Assembly (NCBI RefSeq): GCF_030684315.1
Contig: NC_081360.1
Coordinates: forward strand, 51,159,424 to 51,223,423
Source of the DNA: Stegostoma tigrinum
Lineage: Eukaryota
Direction of reading: 5' to 3'
DNA length: 64,000 nucleotides
A model generated the notes under the pieces. It had not been told where the DNA came from and did not search any database. It saw only the letters and a program-made list of their open reading frames with translations. A program made the translations under genes and the position numbers. The stretch's first letter is position 1; every line of letters starts with the position of its first letter. Of the stretch, positions 1-12,449 are shown in pieces.

Positions 1-775
1 GAAAGAACTCAATAAGGTTTGTGAGGCACGACCTTCCCTTCACAAAACCGTTCTGACTATCCCTAATCAATTTATTCTTTTCTAGATGATTATAAATCCT
101 ATCCCTTATAACCTTTTCCAACACCTTACCAACAACTGAGGTAAGGTTCACTGGTCTGTAAATACCAGGGTTGTCTCTACTCCCCTTCTTGAACAGGGGA
201 ACCAGATTTGCTATCCTCCAGTCATCTGGCACTATTCCTGTAGACAATGACGAGTTAAAGATCAATGCCAAAGGCTCGGCAATCTCCTCCCTGGCTTCCC
301 AGAGGATCCTAGGATAAATCCCATCCGGCCCAGGGGACTTATCTATCTTCACCTTCTGAAGGATTTATAATACCTCTTCCTTGTGAACCTCAATCCCACC
401 TTGTCTAGTAGCCTGTATCTCAGTATTCTCCTCGACAACATTGTCATTTTCTAGAGTGAATACTGTTGAAAAATATTCATTTAGCGCTTCCCCTATCACA
501 ACTGACTCCACACACAACTTACCACTACTATCCTTGATTGGGCCTAATCTTACTTTCGTCATTCTTTTATTCCTTAAATACCTATAGAAAGCCTTAGGGT
601 TTACCCTGATCCTATCTGCCAACAACTTCTCATGTCTCCTCCTGGCTCTTCTGAGCTCTCTCTTTAGGTCTTTCCTGGCTACCCCGTAGCCCTCAAGTGC
701 CCTAACTGAGCCTTCACATCTCATCCTAACATAAGCCTTCTTCCTCCTCTTGACCAGAGATTCCACCTCCTCCGT
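1..775 (-). mobile_element. CR1-type LINE ORF2 fragment (linker and start of RT), fairly intact
   Basis: ORF 365..799 (NPKAFYRYLRNKR...LNEYFSTVFT); minus-strand PGPDGIYPRIL near 330. Confidence 0.85.
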
Positions 776-1250
776 AAGGAAGGATGGTATTAAACTCAAA
801 AGGGTGCAAGAAAATTTGCAAGCATGTTACCGAGACTGGAATGTTTGAGTTAGAAGGAGGCGCGTGAAAGGCTGGAACTTTTTTTACCCTGGAGCATAGG
901 AGCAGAGGGCTGACATTATAGAAGCTTATAAAATCATGAGGGAATAGATAAGGTGAAAAGCCAAGGCCTTTTCCCCAGGGTAGGGGAGTCCAAAACTAGA
1001 ATGTTTAGGTTCAAGGTGAGAGCGAAAAGATTTAAAAATGACCTGAGGGACAACTTTTTCACACAGAATGGTTGTATATGGAACGAGCTGCCAGAGGAAG
1101 TCATAGAGGTGTGTAAAATTTCAACATTTAAAAAACATTCGGATATGTGCATAGAGAGGAATGGTTTAGAGACGTTGAAGCCAGTTTAGGAAACCTGGTT
1201 GGCATGAACGAGTTGGGCTGAAGGGTCTGTTTCCATGCTGAATGACTCTG
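776..1250 (+). mobile_element. CR1 LINE 3' end, older copy
   Basis: RDNFFTQ...WNELPEEVIE C-terminus plus the typical tail gggctgaagggtctgtttccatgctg. Confidence 0.8.
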
Positions 1251-1499
1251 AATTCCAAACTGAATTTCTTTTATCAGTTGTTCATTTTGTCTGAGCTGAA
1301 ACAGAGTATATATTCAAAAATCCATCCAGTTGTTTGTTGGCAAAGACGTGTTTATGGGTAGAGAGACAATAGGAATCTTAATCACAACCTCTTTTTTTTA
1401 ATCACCAATGTCCTGAAAATTCGACAAAGTTGTATTCTCGGCAATAATTGCACCCTAAACATCATCAACATTTAGCACCAGCAGAACGTTAATATTACC

Positions 1500-3265
1500 A
1501 TATACCCCACCTCTTCCTCCATTACATCGATGATTGTATTGGTGTTGCCTTGTGATCCCATGAGGAGTTCGAACAGTTCATCCGCTTCACTAACATCTTC
1601 CACCCCAACCTCAAGCTCACCTGGACCATCTCTGAATCCTCTCTCTCCTTCCTGGACCTGTCTGTTTCCATCTCTGGCAACCACGTGGAAACTGATATCC
1701 ATTTCAAGCACACTGACTCCCACAGCTACCTAGAATATACCTCCTCCCACCCACCCTCCTGCAAAAATGCCATCCTCTATTCCCAATTCCGTCACCTCTG
1801 CCGCATCTGTTCCCAAGATGAGGCATTCCACTCCCAGACATCCCAGATGCCCTCGTTTTTCAAGGACCGCAACTTGCCCTCCACAGTGCTCAAAAACGCC
1901 CTCAACTGTGTCTCTTCGCACGTCATCCCTCACATCCCCTCCCCGCAATAACAACCAAAACAGAATCCCCCTTGTGCTCACGTACCACCCCACCAACCTC
2001 CAAATCCAACACATCATCCTTCTGCCATCTGCAATCTGACCCTACTACCAAAGACATTTTTCCCTCCCCACCCTTATCTGCTTTCTGAAGGGACCACGCT
2101 CTCCATGACTCACCTGTCCGATCCACACTCCCTACCATCCCCTGGCACTTTTCCCTGCAACAGCAGGAAGTGCTACACCTGCCCCTACACCTCCCTCTCA
2201 CCCCCATCCCAGGCCCCAAGAAGACCTTCCACATCAAACAGATGTTACCCTGCACATCTGCTAATGTGGTATACTGTATCCGCTGTTCCCGATGTGGCCT
2301 CCTCTACATTGGGGAAACCAAGTGAAGGCTTGGAGACTGCTTTGTAGAACACCTACACTCGGTTCGCGACAAACATCTACACCTCCTCGTCACGAACATT
2401 TCAACTCCCCTTCCCACTCCTTAGACGACATGTCCATCCTGAGCCTCCTGCAGTGGCACAACGATGCCACTGAAAGGTTGCAGGAAGAGCATCTCATATT
2501 CCGCTTGGGAACCCTGCAGCCCAATGGTATCAATGTGGACTTCACAAGCTTCAAAATCTCCCCTCCCCCAACCGTATCCCAAGGGCGGCATTGTGGCTCA
2601 GTGGTTAGCACTGCAGCCTCACAGCACCAGGGACCCAGGTTCGATTCCAACCTTGGGTGACTGTCTGTGTGGAGTTTGCACATTCTCCCTGTGTCTGTGT
2701 GGGCTTCCTCCGGGTCTCCGGTTTCCTCCCACAGTCCAAAGAAGTGCAGGCTAGGTGGATTGGCCATGCTAAATTGCCCGTAATGTTCAAGGGTGTGTGG
2801 GTTATAGGGGGATGGGTCTGGGTGGGATCCTCCAAGGGGCAGTGTGGACTTGTTGGGCCAAAGGGCCTGTTTCCACACTGTAGAGAATCTAATCTAATCT
2901 AATCTAAAACCAGCCCAGGTCATCCCCACCTCCCTAACCTGTCCTTCCTCCCACCTCAAGCCCCACCCCCATCTCCTACCTACCAACCTCATCCCACCTC
3001 CTTGACCTGTCCGTCCTCCCTGGACTGACCAATCCCCACCCTAGCTCCCCACCTAAACTCACCTTTACCGGCTCCAACACCACCTCTTTGACCTGTCTGT
3101 CTCCTCCATCCATCTTCTATCCGCTTTCCCCTCTCTCCCTATTTATTTCAGAATCCCATTCCTCTCCCCCATTTCTGAAGAAGGGTCTCAACCTGAAACA
3201 ACAGCTCTCCTGCTCATCTGATGCTACTTGGCCTGCTGTGTTCACCCAGCTCTACACCTTGTTAT
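1500..3265 (+). mobile_element. 5'-truncated Penelope-like element (RT C-terminus, Cys-rich linker, GIY-YIG endonuclease, 3' terminus)
   Basis: YIDDC-like RT segment, TDSHSYLEYTSSHP, CNSRKCYTC linker, VYCIRCSRCGLLYIGET. Confidence 0.88.
2583..2905 (+). mobile_element. tRNA-derived V-SINE (HE1-like) nested in the PLE
   Basis: A box tggctcagtggt, B box ggttcgattcc, V-domain-like core (tgtgtggagtttgcacattctccc...tttcctcccacagtccaaag), CR1-like tail ending in (aatct)n. Confidence 0.88.
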
Positions 3266-3679
3266 GTTGATATTACCAATCAGTTTTACAGTATTGGAAG
3301 CAAATTCCCATGGTGTATCAAATTAAAATTATTTCTGAATTATATTTTCATAGAAAATTTTAAGTAGGCTGATTTACAGTGAATTTTACATGAAGCTGCG
3401 TCAACTTTTTTCTGTAATATGAACATGAGTGCTTGGAGTAGAGCCCAATAACAACTGTTACTAACAGTAAATGAGTTCAAAATTCAAGGAGTACTCTTAA
3501 TGTCAAGTGGAAAATCCATTTCATTCAATTTCTTGCTATAAATAAACAATTATGTTGTATATTGTCTTTTTAAAATGCTGTAGTAGAAAGCTTCTTTTAG
3601 CCTCAGTTGAGATACAAAGTATGTGAAGCTATCAAAATGTAAGGCTTATTTCATTGTAAATTGCTGAATTATTTTTCAG

Positions 3680-3806
3680 GAAGTTTGGTCAGTGTACAGA
3701 GTTCTTGCTGCAATCCTAAATAATGGAAATATTGAGTTTTCACCCATTGCCTCAAAGCATCAAACAGATAAAAGTGAAATTCCAGATGGCGAACCTTTAG
3801 AAAATA
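3680..3806 (+). CDS. MYO3B: Myosin IIIB motor-domain exon ([20 protein letters not shown]...HQTDKSE...LEN)
   Basis: ttttcAG acceptor and GTaagt donor; 127 nt, ends in phase 1; peptide matches the recalled MYO3B motor sequence. Confidence 0.93.
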
Positions 3807-4378
3807 GTAAGTATTTTCAATGTATTCTAACTGCATAATACAAATACGGTATAATACCTTGAAATTTATGACAATTTATTCACAGAAAAAGTTGATAATA
3901 ATTTAAGTTTAACGACAATGACATAGAAAATAGGAGCAGGAATAGGCTATTTGACCCTTAGAGCTAGCTCCACAATTTATCTGATCGTGGTTGATCAATC
4001 CTCAAGTAGTTTACTTATGTAGGGACTACATATACATCTGCTATAGTCTTCTGGAAACTACCTTTAATTTTTCCTAGGTCTAGCTATTCTGGAGTCACTA
4101 ACTACTTCTTGACTGTGGATGGCTCACATGCTTGCTTGGCTCACTTTTCCAGTACTTCCAAGCTAATCTGCTTTCTTTGCTACAAGACTTTGAGTCCTAC
4201 TTCAGGCTTCTCCAATAGCTTTAAACTAGGAGCCCGACACATACTGTTCGCTTCCAAATTTAAACCGATATGAAGGACTGGGTTTTCACTCCTGATTCAG
4301 GTACACAGTGAGAAATTTCTGAAGTTAACATTTCGAGTCCAGTGACCCTTCTGCAAAACTGATTGTAGCTTGGAAAAG

Positions 4379-5859
4379 TGATATTGGGAACTGCAGATGC
4401 TGGAGAATCCAAGATAATAAAATGTGAGGCTGGATGAACACAGCAGGCCAAGCAGCATCTCAGGAGCACAAAAGCTGACATTTCGGGCCTAGACCCTTCA
4501 TCAGAGAGGGGGATGGGGTGAGGGTTCTGGAATAAATAGGGAGAGAGGGGGAGGCGGACCGAAGATGGAGAGAAAAGAAGATAGGTGGAGAGGAGAGTAT
4601 AGGTGGGGAGGTAGGGAGGGGATAGGTCAGTCCAGGGAAGACGGACAGGTCAAGGAGGTGGGATGAGGTTAGTAGGTAGGAGATGGAGGTGCGGCTTGGG
4701 GTGGGAGGAAGGGATGGGTGAGGGGAAGAACAGGTTAGGGAGGCAGAGACATGTTGGACTGGTTTTGGGATGCGGTGGGGGAAGGGGAGATTTTGGAGCT
4801 GGTGAAGTCCACATTGATACCATTGGGCTGCAGGGTTCCCAAGCGGAATATGAGTTGCTGTTTCTGCAACCTTCAGGTGGCATCATTGTGGCACTGCAGG
4901 AGGCCCATGATGGACATGTCATCTAAAGAATGGGAGGGGGAGTGGAAATGGTTTGCGACTGGGAGGTGCAGTTGTTTATAGCGAACCAAGTGGAGGTGTT
5001 CTGCAAAGCAGTCCCCAAGCCTCCGCTTGGTGCCCCCACATCTCCACCCTCACCCCTATCCCAGGCCCCAAGATGACTTTCCATATTAAGCAGAGGTTCA
5101 CCTGCACATCTGCCAATGTGGTATACTGCATCCACTGTACCCGGTGTGGCATCCTCTACATTGGGGAAACCAAGCGGAGGCTTGGGGACTGCTTTGCAGA
5201 ACACCTCTGCTCGGTTCGCAATAAACAACTGCACCTCCCAGTCGCAAACCATTTCCACTCCCCCTCCCATTCTTTAGATGACATGTCCATCTTGGGCCTC
5301 CTGCAGTGCCACACTGATGCCACCCGAAGTTTGCAGGAACAGCAACTCATATTCCACTTGGGAACCCTGCAGCCCAATGGTATCAATGTGGACTTCACCA
5401 GCTTCAAAATCTCCCCTTCCCCCAACTGCATCCCAAAACCAACCCAGTTCATCCCCCCCCACTGCACCACACAACCAGCCCAGCTCTTCCCCTCCACCCA
5501 CTGCATCCCAAAACCAGTCCACCCTGTCTCTGCCTCCCTAACCTGTTCTTCCTCTCACCCATCCCTTCCTCCCACCCCAAGCCACACCTCCATCTCCTAC
5601 CTACTAACCTCATCCCACCTCCTTGACCTGTCCGTCTTCCCTGGACTGACCTATCCCCTCCCTACCTCCCCACTTATACTCTCCTCTCCACCTATCTTCT
5701 TTTCTCTCCATCTTCGGTCCGCCTCCCCCTCTCTCCCTATTTATTCCAGAACCCTCACCCCATCCCCCTCTCTGATGAAGGGTCTAGGCCCGAAACGTCA
5801 GCTTTTGTGCTCCTGAGATGCTGCTGGGCCTGCTGTGTTCATCCAGCCTCACATTTTAT
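4379..5859. mobile_element. Young PLE insertion forming a large inverted repeat (minus arm 4379-5031, plus arm 5031-5859)
   Basis: arms are reverse complements; open GIY-YIG frame in the plus arm; 13-bp TSD tagcttggaaaag at 4366-4378 and 5860-5872. Confidence 0.9.
5772..5799 (+). ncRNA. Hammerhead-ribozyme-like core in PLE terminus
   Basis: CTGATGA, hairpin gggt-ctag-gccc, GAAA, CGTC; PLE termini are known to carry minimal hammerheads; helix I pairing looks weak. Confidence 0.5.
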
Positions 5860-8800
5860 TAGCTTGGAAAAGGTTGGTTTGTATGCTGATGGTAGTGTGG
5901 GGGAGGGGGAGGTGTAATCAATGGGTGGAAATAGAGCCTAGAGAGAGAGAAAAACAGTTGGGCTGACAAAGGAGTATGTAAAGGTCAGCCTGAGAGAATG
6001 AATAGCTGCTAAAGGGGACCATTAGCTGCTGAGAATTAGTTGGTTGTGGTAGCAGCTCATATGATGATAAGACCTGGTGTATGGGAGTTTGGGTAAGGAC
6101 ATTGGGGAAGGTGCTCAGACTTATTTCTGAAGAAGGGTCTAGGCTTGAAACGTCAGCATTACTGCTCCTCTGATGCTGCTTGGCCTGCTGTGTTCATCCA
6201 GCTCTACACCTTGTTATCTCTATTATTGAACTCAATGTTGTGTCCTGAAAGCTACAGAGTCTCCGAGTGGAAAATGAGATATTGCTCTTCCAGCTTGTGT
6301 TCAGTTTTCCTAGAGCACTGCAGCGATCCTGACACAGAGATGTTGACCAGATCTGGGTAGAAGAAGAGTGTCTGCGGGATGGGGAGAGGACTCTTGCCCA
6401 AAGAAATAGGTATGGAGGCGAAGGCTGAGCACAACTTTCTAACACCACTTCATATTACCTCCTCTGCCTCCATGTCTGTGTCTATAGAGAAGAATCCTGT
6501 CTCTGTCCCAAAGACTCCTTCACCCACCCCCAACACTCTCCCTCCATCTGGACCCCTCTGTCTGGCCTTTTACCTGTACTCAACCAGTTCGTTTGAGAAC
6601 TGTCAACGTAAGATTGGTTGCCTGTACCCTCCCCCTTCCCATTCAAAACTGTGTTCCTCTGAATGACTGCATGCAATGCTCTGAGATCCAATCATGTCTT
6701 TGTAATCAACACTGATTATGAGGATAGTGATGCTGTTGCCTGGTGTACTGACCTCTAAGGGCCAGCTCATGGATACATCCTCCTATCCCCCTGGAACATG
6801 ACCCCACCATTGGACACCAGGCTTTTGTGTCACAATGGTCTCATTGCATCTGTTGATCTCACGTCCCCACACTGCCTCCAAGCATTCCCTAAGCCTGCAC
6901 AGCTCACTTCGCCTCCTTCCAAAAACCCACAAACAGGACTGGCCAGGCAGATCCACTGTTTCTGCCTGTTCCTGCCCCACTGAACTCATCTCATCCTATC
7001 TCGATTTACTTTCTCCCCTTGTCCATTCCTTTCCCAATTACATCCTTGATTCCTCTGAAGCTTTACTTCAGTCTCAGAATTTGTGGTTTGTGGGCTCCAG
7101 CCACCTCCTCTTCACAATGGACTTGTAATCCCTTTACATGTCCATTCCCCATCAGGATGGTCTCAGGACTTTCCACTTCTTCCTGGAGAAGAGGCCTGAA
7201 CCATCTCCATCCACCATGACCCTCCCCTCCTCACTTTGAACATCTTTCCCTTTAACTCGCACCACTTACTTTGTGGCAAGGGTGTGATCATGGTACCTGT
7301 ATGGGCCCCAGTTATTCCTATCTCTTTGTGGGGAACATTTCAGTACTGCTCAGGTTGCCATCCACAACTCTTTCTCTGGTACACTGATGATATCATCAGC
7401 ACTGTTTCCCTCTCTCATCCAGAACTGGAAAAATTTATTAATTTCAATTCCAATTTCCACCCTCCTCTCACCTTCACCTCCATCTTTGACTCCTCCCTTC
7501 CCTTCCTCGATATCTCTGCTTCTATTTCTGCTGAGAGGCTGGCAACTATTATCTACTACAACTGACTCTCACATTTACCTTGACTATGCATCCTCAACTA
7601 AGGATCTCCTGCCACCTTGGTTAACAGGACCCTCAGCCGTGTCCAACCTATCTCCTGCACTTTGGTCCTCACCCCCTCTCTTCCCTTCCGCAACAGCTGT
7701 AGGATCCCCTGACCCTCACTTATTAACCCACCAGCATCCACATCCAGAGTATTATTAGTTGCCAATTCTGCCATCTCTAGCAGGATGCCACCAGCGGACA
7801 CACTTCCTCTCGCCACCGTTGCCAGCCTTCTGCAGGCACCCTTCCCTCTGGGACACGTTGCTCCACTTCTCCTCTACTCTCAACATCTCCCCATACCTGC
7901 ACAGCACCTTCCCACGCAAACACAGAAGGTGTTACACCTGCCTAGCTACTTCCTCCATCCTCAATATCCAAGGCCCCAGACACATCTTCTAGGTGAAGCA
8001 GTGGATTACCTGCAATTCATTCAATCTAGTCTGCCATATTCACTGCTCACAATGTGGTCTGCTCCACACTGCAGAGACAAAATGCAGACTTGGAGATGGC
8101 TTTGCAGAGAACCTGTGTTCTGTCCACAAAAATGACCCTGACCTTCCTGTTGCCTGCTTGAATGTTACCCGAGTGTTGTGCTGCCTGCCACTTTAACACA
8201 CCACCATGTGACCTGGCCAACATCTCTGTCTGTGGCCTGTTGCGGTGCTCCTGTGAAGCTCAGCACAAGCTGGAAGAACAACACCTCATTTTCCGTTTTG
8301 GGATACTACAGCCTTGGGGACTCAATATCAAGTTCAATAATTTTTGGGGCTGAGCACCTATTCCTACATCCTTGCCCCAATCCCCATTCACCAGACCCTG
8401 TCATCACATGGGCTGCTATCACAAACAACACATTCTCAGCCATTGATGGCCTCCATTAGCAGCTGTTGATTGCAGGTTGACTTTTACTCATTCCTTTGTC
8501 TGCCCAACTGATTTTCTCTCTCTCTGGGCTCCATCTCCACCTATTGTTTACTCCTCCCCTCTTTCCCCATTCCATCATCAGTGTATATACCAACCTTATT
8601 ATGGCTACAATCGAATTGGAAGAAGGACTCACCGCACTCAAAATATTAACTCTAATTTCGCTCCACAGAAGCTGCCAGACCTGTTAATTTTTCCTGCAAT
8701 TTCTGTTTTTGTTTCTGACTTACAGCATCTGCAGTAGTTTGGGTTTTTTGGAAAAATTCCTGACTCTGCAAAACCCACTGGAATAAATTTAACAGAATAG

Positions 8801-8924
8801 CTGGACTTTCATTTCTGGGATGGATGCTAAATAGCCTCAGGCCTGCCATCCGTGTAAACAGTGTCAAGGCAGGCAGAGGAACTCTGAGTGTCGAGATGGC
8901 TAGTTAAAGGACCCACCTCAGTAT

Positions 8925-9073
8925 AGAACATAGAACATTCCAGCACAGTACAGGCCCTTCGGCCCTCGATGTTGTGCCGATCTGAAGCCCATCTAATCTA
9001 CACTGTTCCATGTACGTCCATATGCTTATCCAATGACGACTTAAATGTACCTAAAGTTGGCGAATCTACTACC
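8925..9073 (-). mobile_element. CR1 3'-end fragment
   Basis: (atagaac)2 tail followed by cagcacagtacaggcccttcggccc. Confidence 0.7.
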
Positions 9074-10519
9074 GTATGTTCATCTCAGTTATAATGAACA
9101 CAGCGAGGTTGTCTCGGACACAACTCTCACAGGGCCTATTGCAGCATTCATTCCACCTCATGCTCACCCTCCTTCACCAACCACCCTCTTGGCTTTTTAT
9201 AGCCACTAAGCCAACTTAAAGCCAATTCATGGCAACCTGTTCTCCTTGCATCAAAGTTTGCCATTGCACCTTACACACCAAGCCTGTAACTATCTGACCT
9301 CAGAAGCCATGTTGAGGTCTATTGCAAACTCCAACATACAATGAAAAGTCTCATTAATAAAATCCCATTTGATACATGTGAATCAGTTATTATAAATAAA
9401 CATCTGTATTCATAGCTCCATATCAGAGTCACCTAATTTCAATACAATAACTTAGACCTGTTAAACAAACTGTGAACTTTTAGGCTGCTCAGTGTAATAT
9501 TGATAGATTGTGGAATCAATCAAACTCTACCAATAACACAACAACGCCCTCAGGCTTATATAACTGAACAGCAACTGAAATTACGAGTGCCTTTTTTTCA
9601 ACTAAGAGACACTTCTAAATTTCAAGAGCAGGCCATTTAACTGATGCTGCAGCTTTTGTAGTTCCACAGACATAACATTTTTAACGTATGTTTCCGTCTA
9701 TTCTTAACCTTCCCAGTAGGCTGTCTTTACTTCTCCATCAAGATACCTGATATATTCAATGAACTCCAATAAACTTTGACATTTTCCTCAAATTCATAAA
9801 GCCTATAAGCCATGTTTCAGAAACTGGTTGATGAAATTGCTTCTGAGTCATGTTGACTGCATTTTCAGATGTGCCACTACCTTTGTGAACTTGAGATGTA
9901 TGAAATAAGTTCTATCTTGTACAACCCTACGATCTGCCCATGTTGAAAATAATTAATGGAGGAGGAATGTCTGGATTCATGTTTTCAGTGTCACCTTGGC
10001 AAGCATGCAAAGCCTTTCTGGCTCAGTCAAAAAAAGAGGCCTAATCCTTACCTGCATTTCTTACTTTAAATGAAGAAGTTTATTTTGTATGACATTGGCT
10101 ACATTTTTGTGAGTTGGAAACCACAGAAGGTCTACTACTTAGATGGTTCTGCACTCCTCTCTACAGCTAAATCTTTTCAGTCTGCCAGAATTTTGATTTC
10201 CAAGTCTCTAGTTCAGTTTATATTTCATTAGAAATGGTAAAGTTCCTCCTTTCTTTGGTTCCCTGTTCTGTTTCTGTTTTCAGTTGTATCATACATTATG
10301 TTTTTTATTTGCTATTTTGTTTTTCTGTCTCTTCTGTTCTCACCTTTGATGTGTAATATCCTCCCTGCCTCTTTATCTTGTCATTGCCCCTTTTTTCAGC
10401 AGCTGAAACTTTAATTCTTAAAGCTGCAAATTACATTCTGGAAGTGAAAAGGCTTATCCTAAAACACATGAAGCATAAACTAATCATACCCCAGTAACAA
10501 CAATCTTGCCACCCTACCT

Positions 10520-10734
10520 AGGTAACAAAGTGTGAAGCTGGATGAACACAACAGGCCAAGCAGCATCTCAGGAGCACAAAAGCTGACGTTTCTGGCCTAG
10601 ACCCTTCTCTGATGAAGGGGTCTAGGCCCGAAATGTCAGCTTTTGTGCTCCTGGGATGCTGCTTGGCCTGTTGTGTTAATCCAGCTTCACACTTTGTTAT
10701 CTTGGATTCTCCAGCATCTGCAGTTCCTATTATC
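10520..10734. mobile_element. Miniature palindromic PLE-terminus insertion
   Basis: two inverted copies of the PLE end; 16-bp TSD tcttgccaccctacct at 10504-10519 and 10735-10750. Confidence 0.88.
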
Positions 10735-11983
10735 TCTTGCCACCCTACCTGTTCAATTTCGGATACTGTTGTTGTTTTCTTTGAAATTATGGGCATATAC
10801 CATTTTATATTGTAATGTATAAATTGTACTTATTTGAGCGAGCTTGGGGTATAATGTATTGTAATAGCCAAGCATTTCCATAATCTGCCTTCAATGTTGG
10901 AAATGTGTAGAAAAAAAGTTGTTCAAGAAATGGATGTTCTCTGTGAGCCCATGTTAGTTTTATCTTAGTGTGATACAGAGCAAGATCTTATCACTTGGAT
11001 TTAGAATAATTTGTTAAACTAGCACAGTTTTTTTTGGGAGAGAGAGCTTCACACTTCAACATCATTTTTGTGTGAAGAAATGTTTTTGAAATTCTGTCAT
11101 GAGTGGATCAATGGCAATTTTACATTTGTGTTCCATGGACATAGATTCCTTTATCAGTGGAACAAGGTTCTTTCCATTTATCCTGTTGATTCTTCTGAAA
11201 ATCCTAAAAACCTCCATCAAATTACAGTTTAACCTTCGATTGTCAAGAGAAATTTAGCCGAGTTTGCTGAATTCCTCAGAAACCTAGAAATAGTAGTTAT
11301 TGGCAAAACTGCAAAGCGATCCTTCACAGGACAGTAAATCCTTTCAAAGATGGAATGTCCAGACTGGAGTAAGAAGCTTTAAATATCTGTCTCTGTAGTA
11401 GTTCTGTCTACATTTTCAATTAAGATGTCCAGGCCCTGCCTCAAAATGAAACTTTTTACCGTGCCTCCTTTAAGCAGGCTCCAAGTAAAAGGTGTATCCA
11501 AATCCTGCAGCTTGTCAAAATCCCTGTGCCAATGGCATGATTAGTGGTAGTCGTGTTGTGTAGGTAGAAATCCTGACCCACCATACTCTTACTGCTGACT
11601 GCAGTCAAAGGGAACATATATATTTTACTGTCTGTCTTAATTGGTAGATTCTGATTAACAATTGAGACAGCTATTGCTTATACGCATCTGTGCACATTAT
11701 TGACCTTTGTACGTTTTACTTTGAAATTTTGATGATATTAACCATCACAGTACCAGTGACCACCAAAATAAGCACTATCAATGGAACAGACATCCAATAA
11801 TTTTACTGGTATAATTTATACTTAAAAATTGAAATCCATTATAAGATTATCAAAGTCATGCTTATTTAAAATGCATTATTTGCTTTACAAAAGTATCATT
11901 TATAGTTGCAGGTACCAATCTCTTACATTCTTGCAGTTGATAAGTTGCTTAAAAGTTAATTCTTCAAAAATGCCTTCTTCCAG

Positions 11984-12194
11984 CTTCAGCTCTACTTAGT
12001 ATTGGTTCTGAAGAGTTTCAGGAAGCACTTACTTCTCACTGCGTTGTGACACGGGGAGAAACAATAATTCGGACGAATACAGTAGATGAAGCTTCTGATG
12101 TTCGAGATGCCATGTCAAAGGCCTTGTATGGAAGGCTATTCAGCTGGATTGTAAATCGCATCAATACACTTCTTCAGCCCGATAAAAGTGTGTG
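11984..12194 (+). CDS. MYO3B: MYO3B exon ([29 protein letters not shown]...[27 protein letters not shown])
   Basis: ttccAG / GTaggt; 211 nt, phase 1 to 2, compatible with both neighbours; myosin [11 protein letters not shown] motif. Confidence 0.96.
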
Positions 12195-12449
12195 GTAGGT
12201 GAATGAACTATAAAGGTTGTGAACTACACAAAAGGTCAGCACAGAAAAATATTTCAAGAAAATGTCTCTGCTTAGAGATACAGAGAGACTGTTCATAACA
12301 GCTGTCAGCTCTCAAAATCAAGCAACATAAAAAATATCTTAATATTCTGCCATCGCAGTTTATGCATATCAAGCCTTTTCTCATTTGCACAAGCGTTTTT
12401 AATCCTAAAAATATACGATACGATTTTTATATCGTATAAATTATTTGTA

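Larger units (their letters stand above)
4320..8740. mobile_element. Older PLE insertion with inverted architecture (minus arm about 4320-6365, plus arm about 6440-8740), interrupted by a younger PLE
   Basis: plus arm has a decayed RT (LFTMD, WYTDD) and GIY-YIG (HCSQCGLLHTAETK); minus arm mirrors the LEEQxLIF region and terminus. Confidence 0.7.

Noticed and set aside
2583-2660. tRNA gene
   Set aside because: The A and B boxes are the head of a SINE and are followed by its core and tail.
4953-5816. 287-aa ORF, the longest in the window
   Set aside because: It is a chimera running across the palindrome centre, through the PLE GIY-YIG domain and into pyrimidine-rich 3' sequence, not a host gene.
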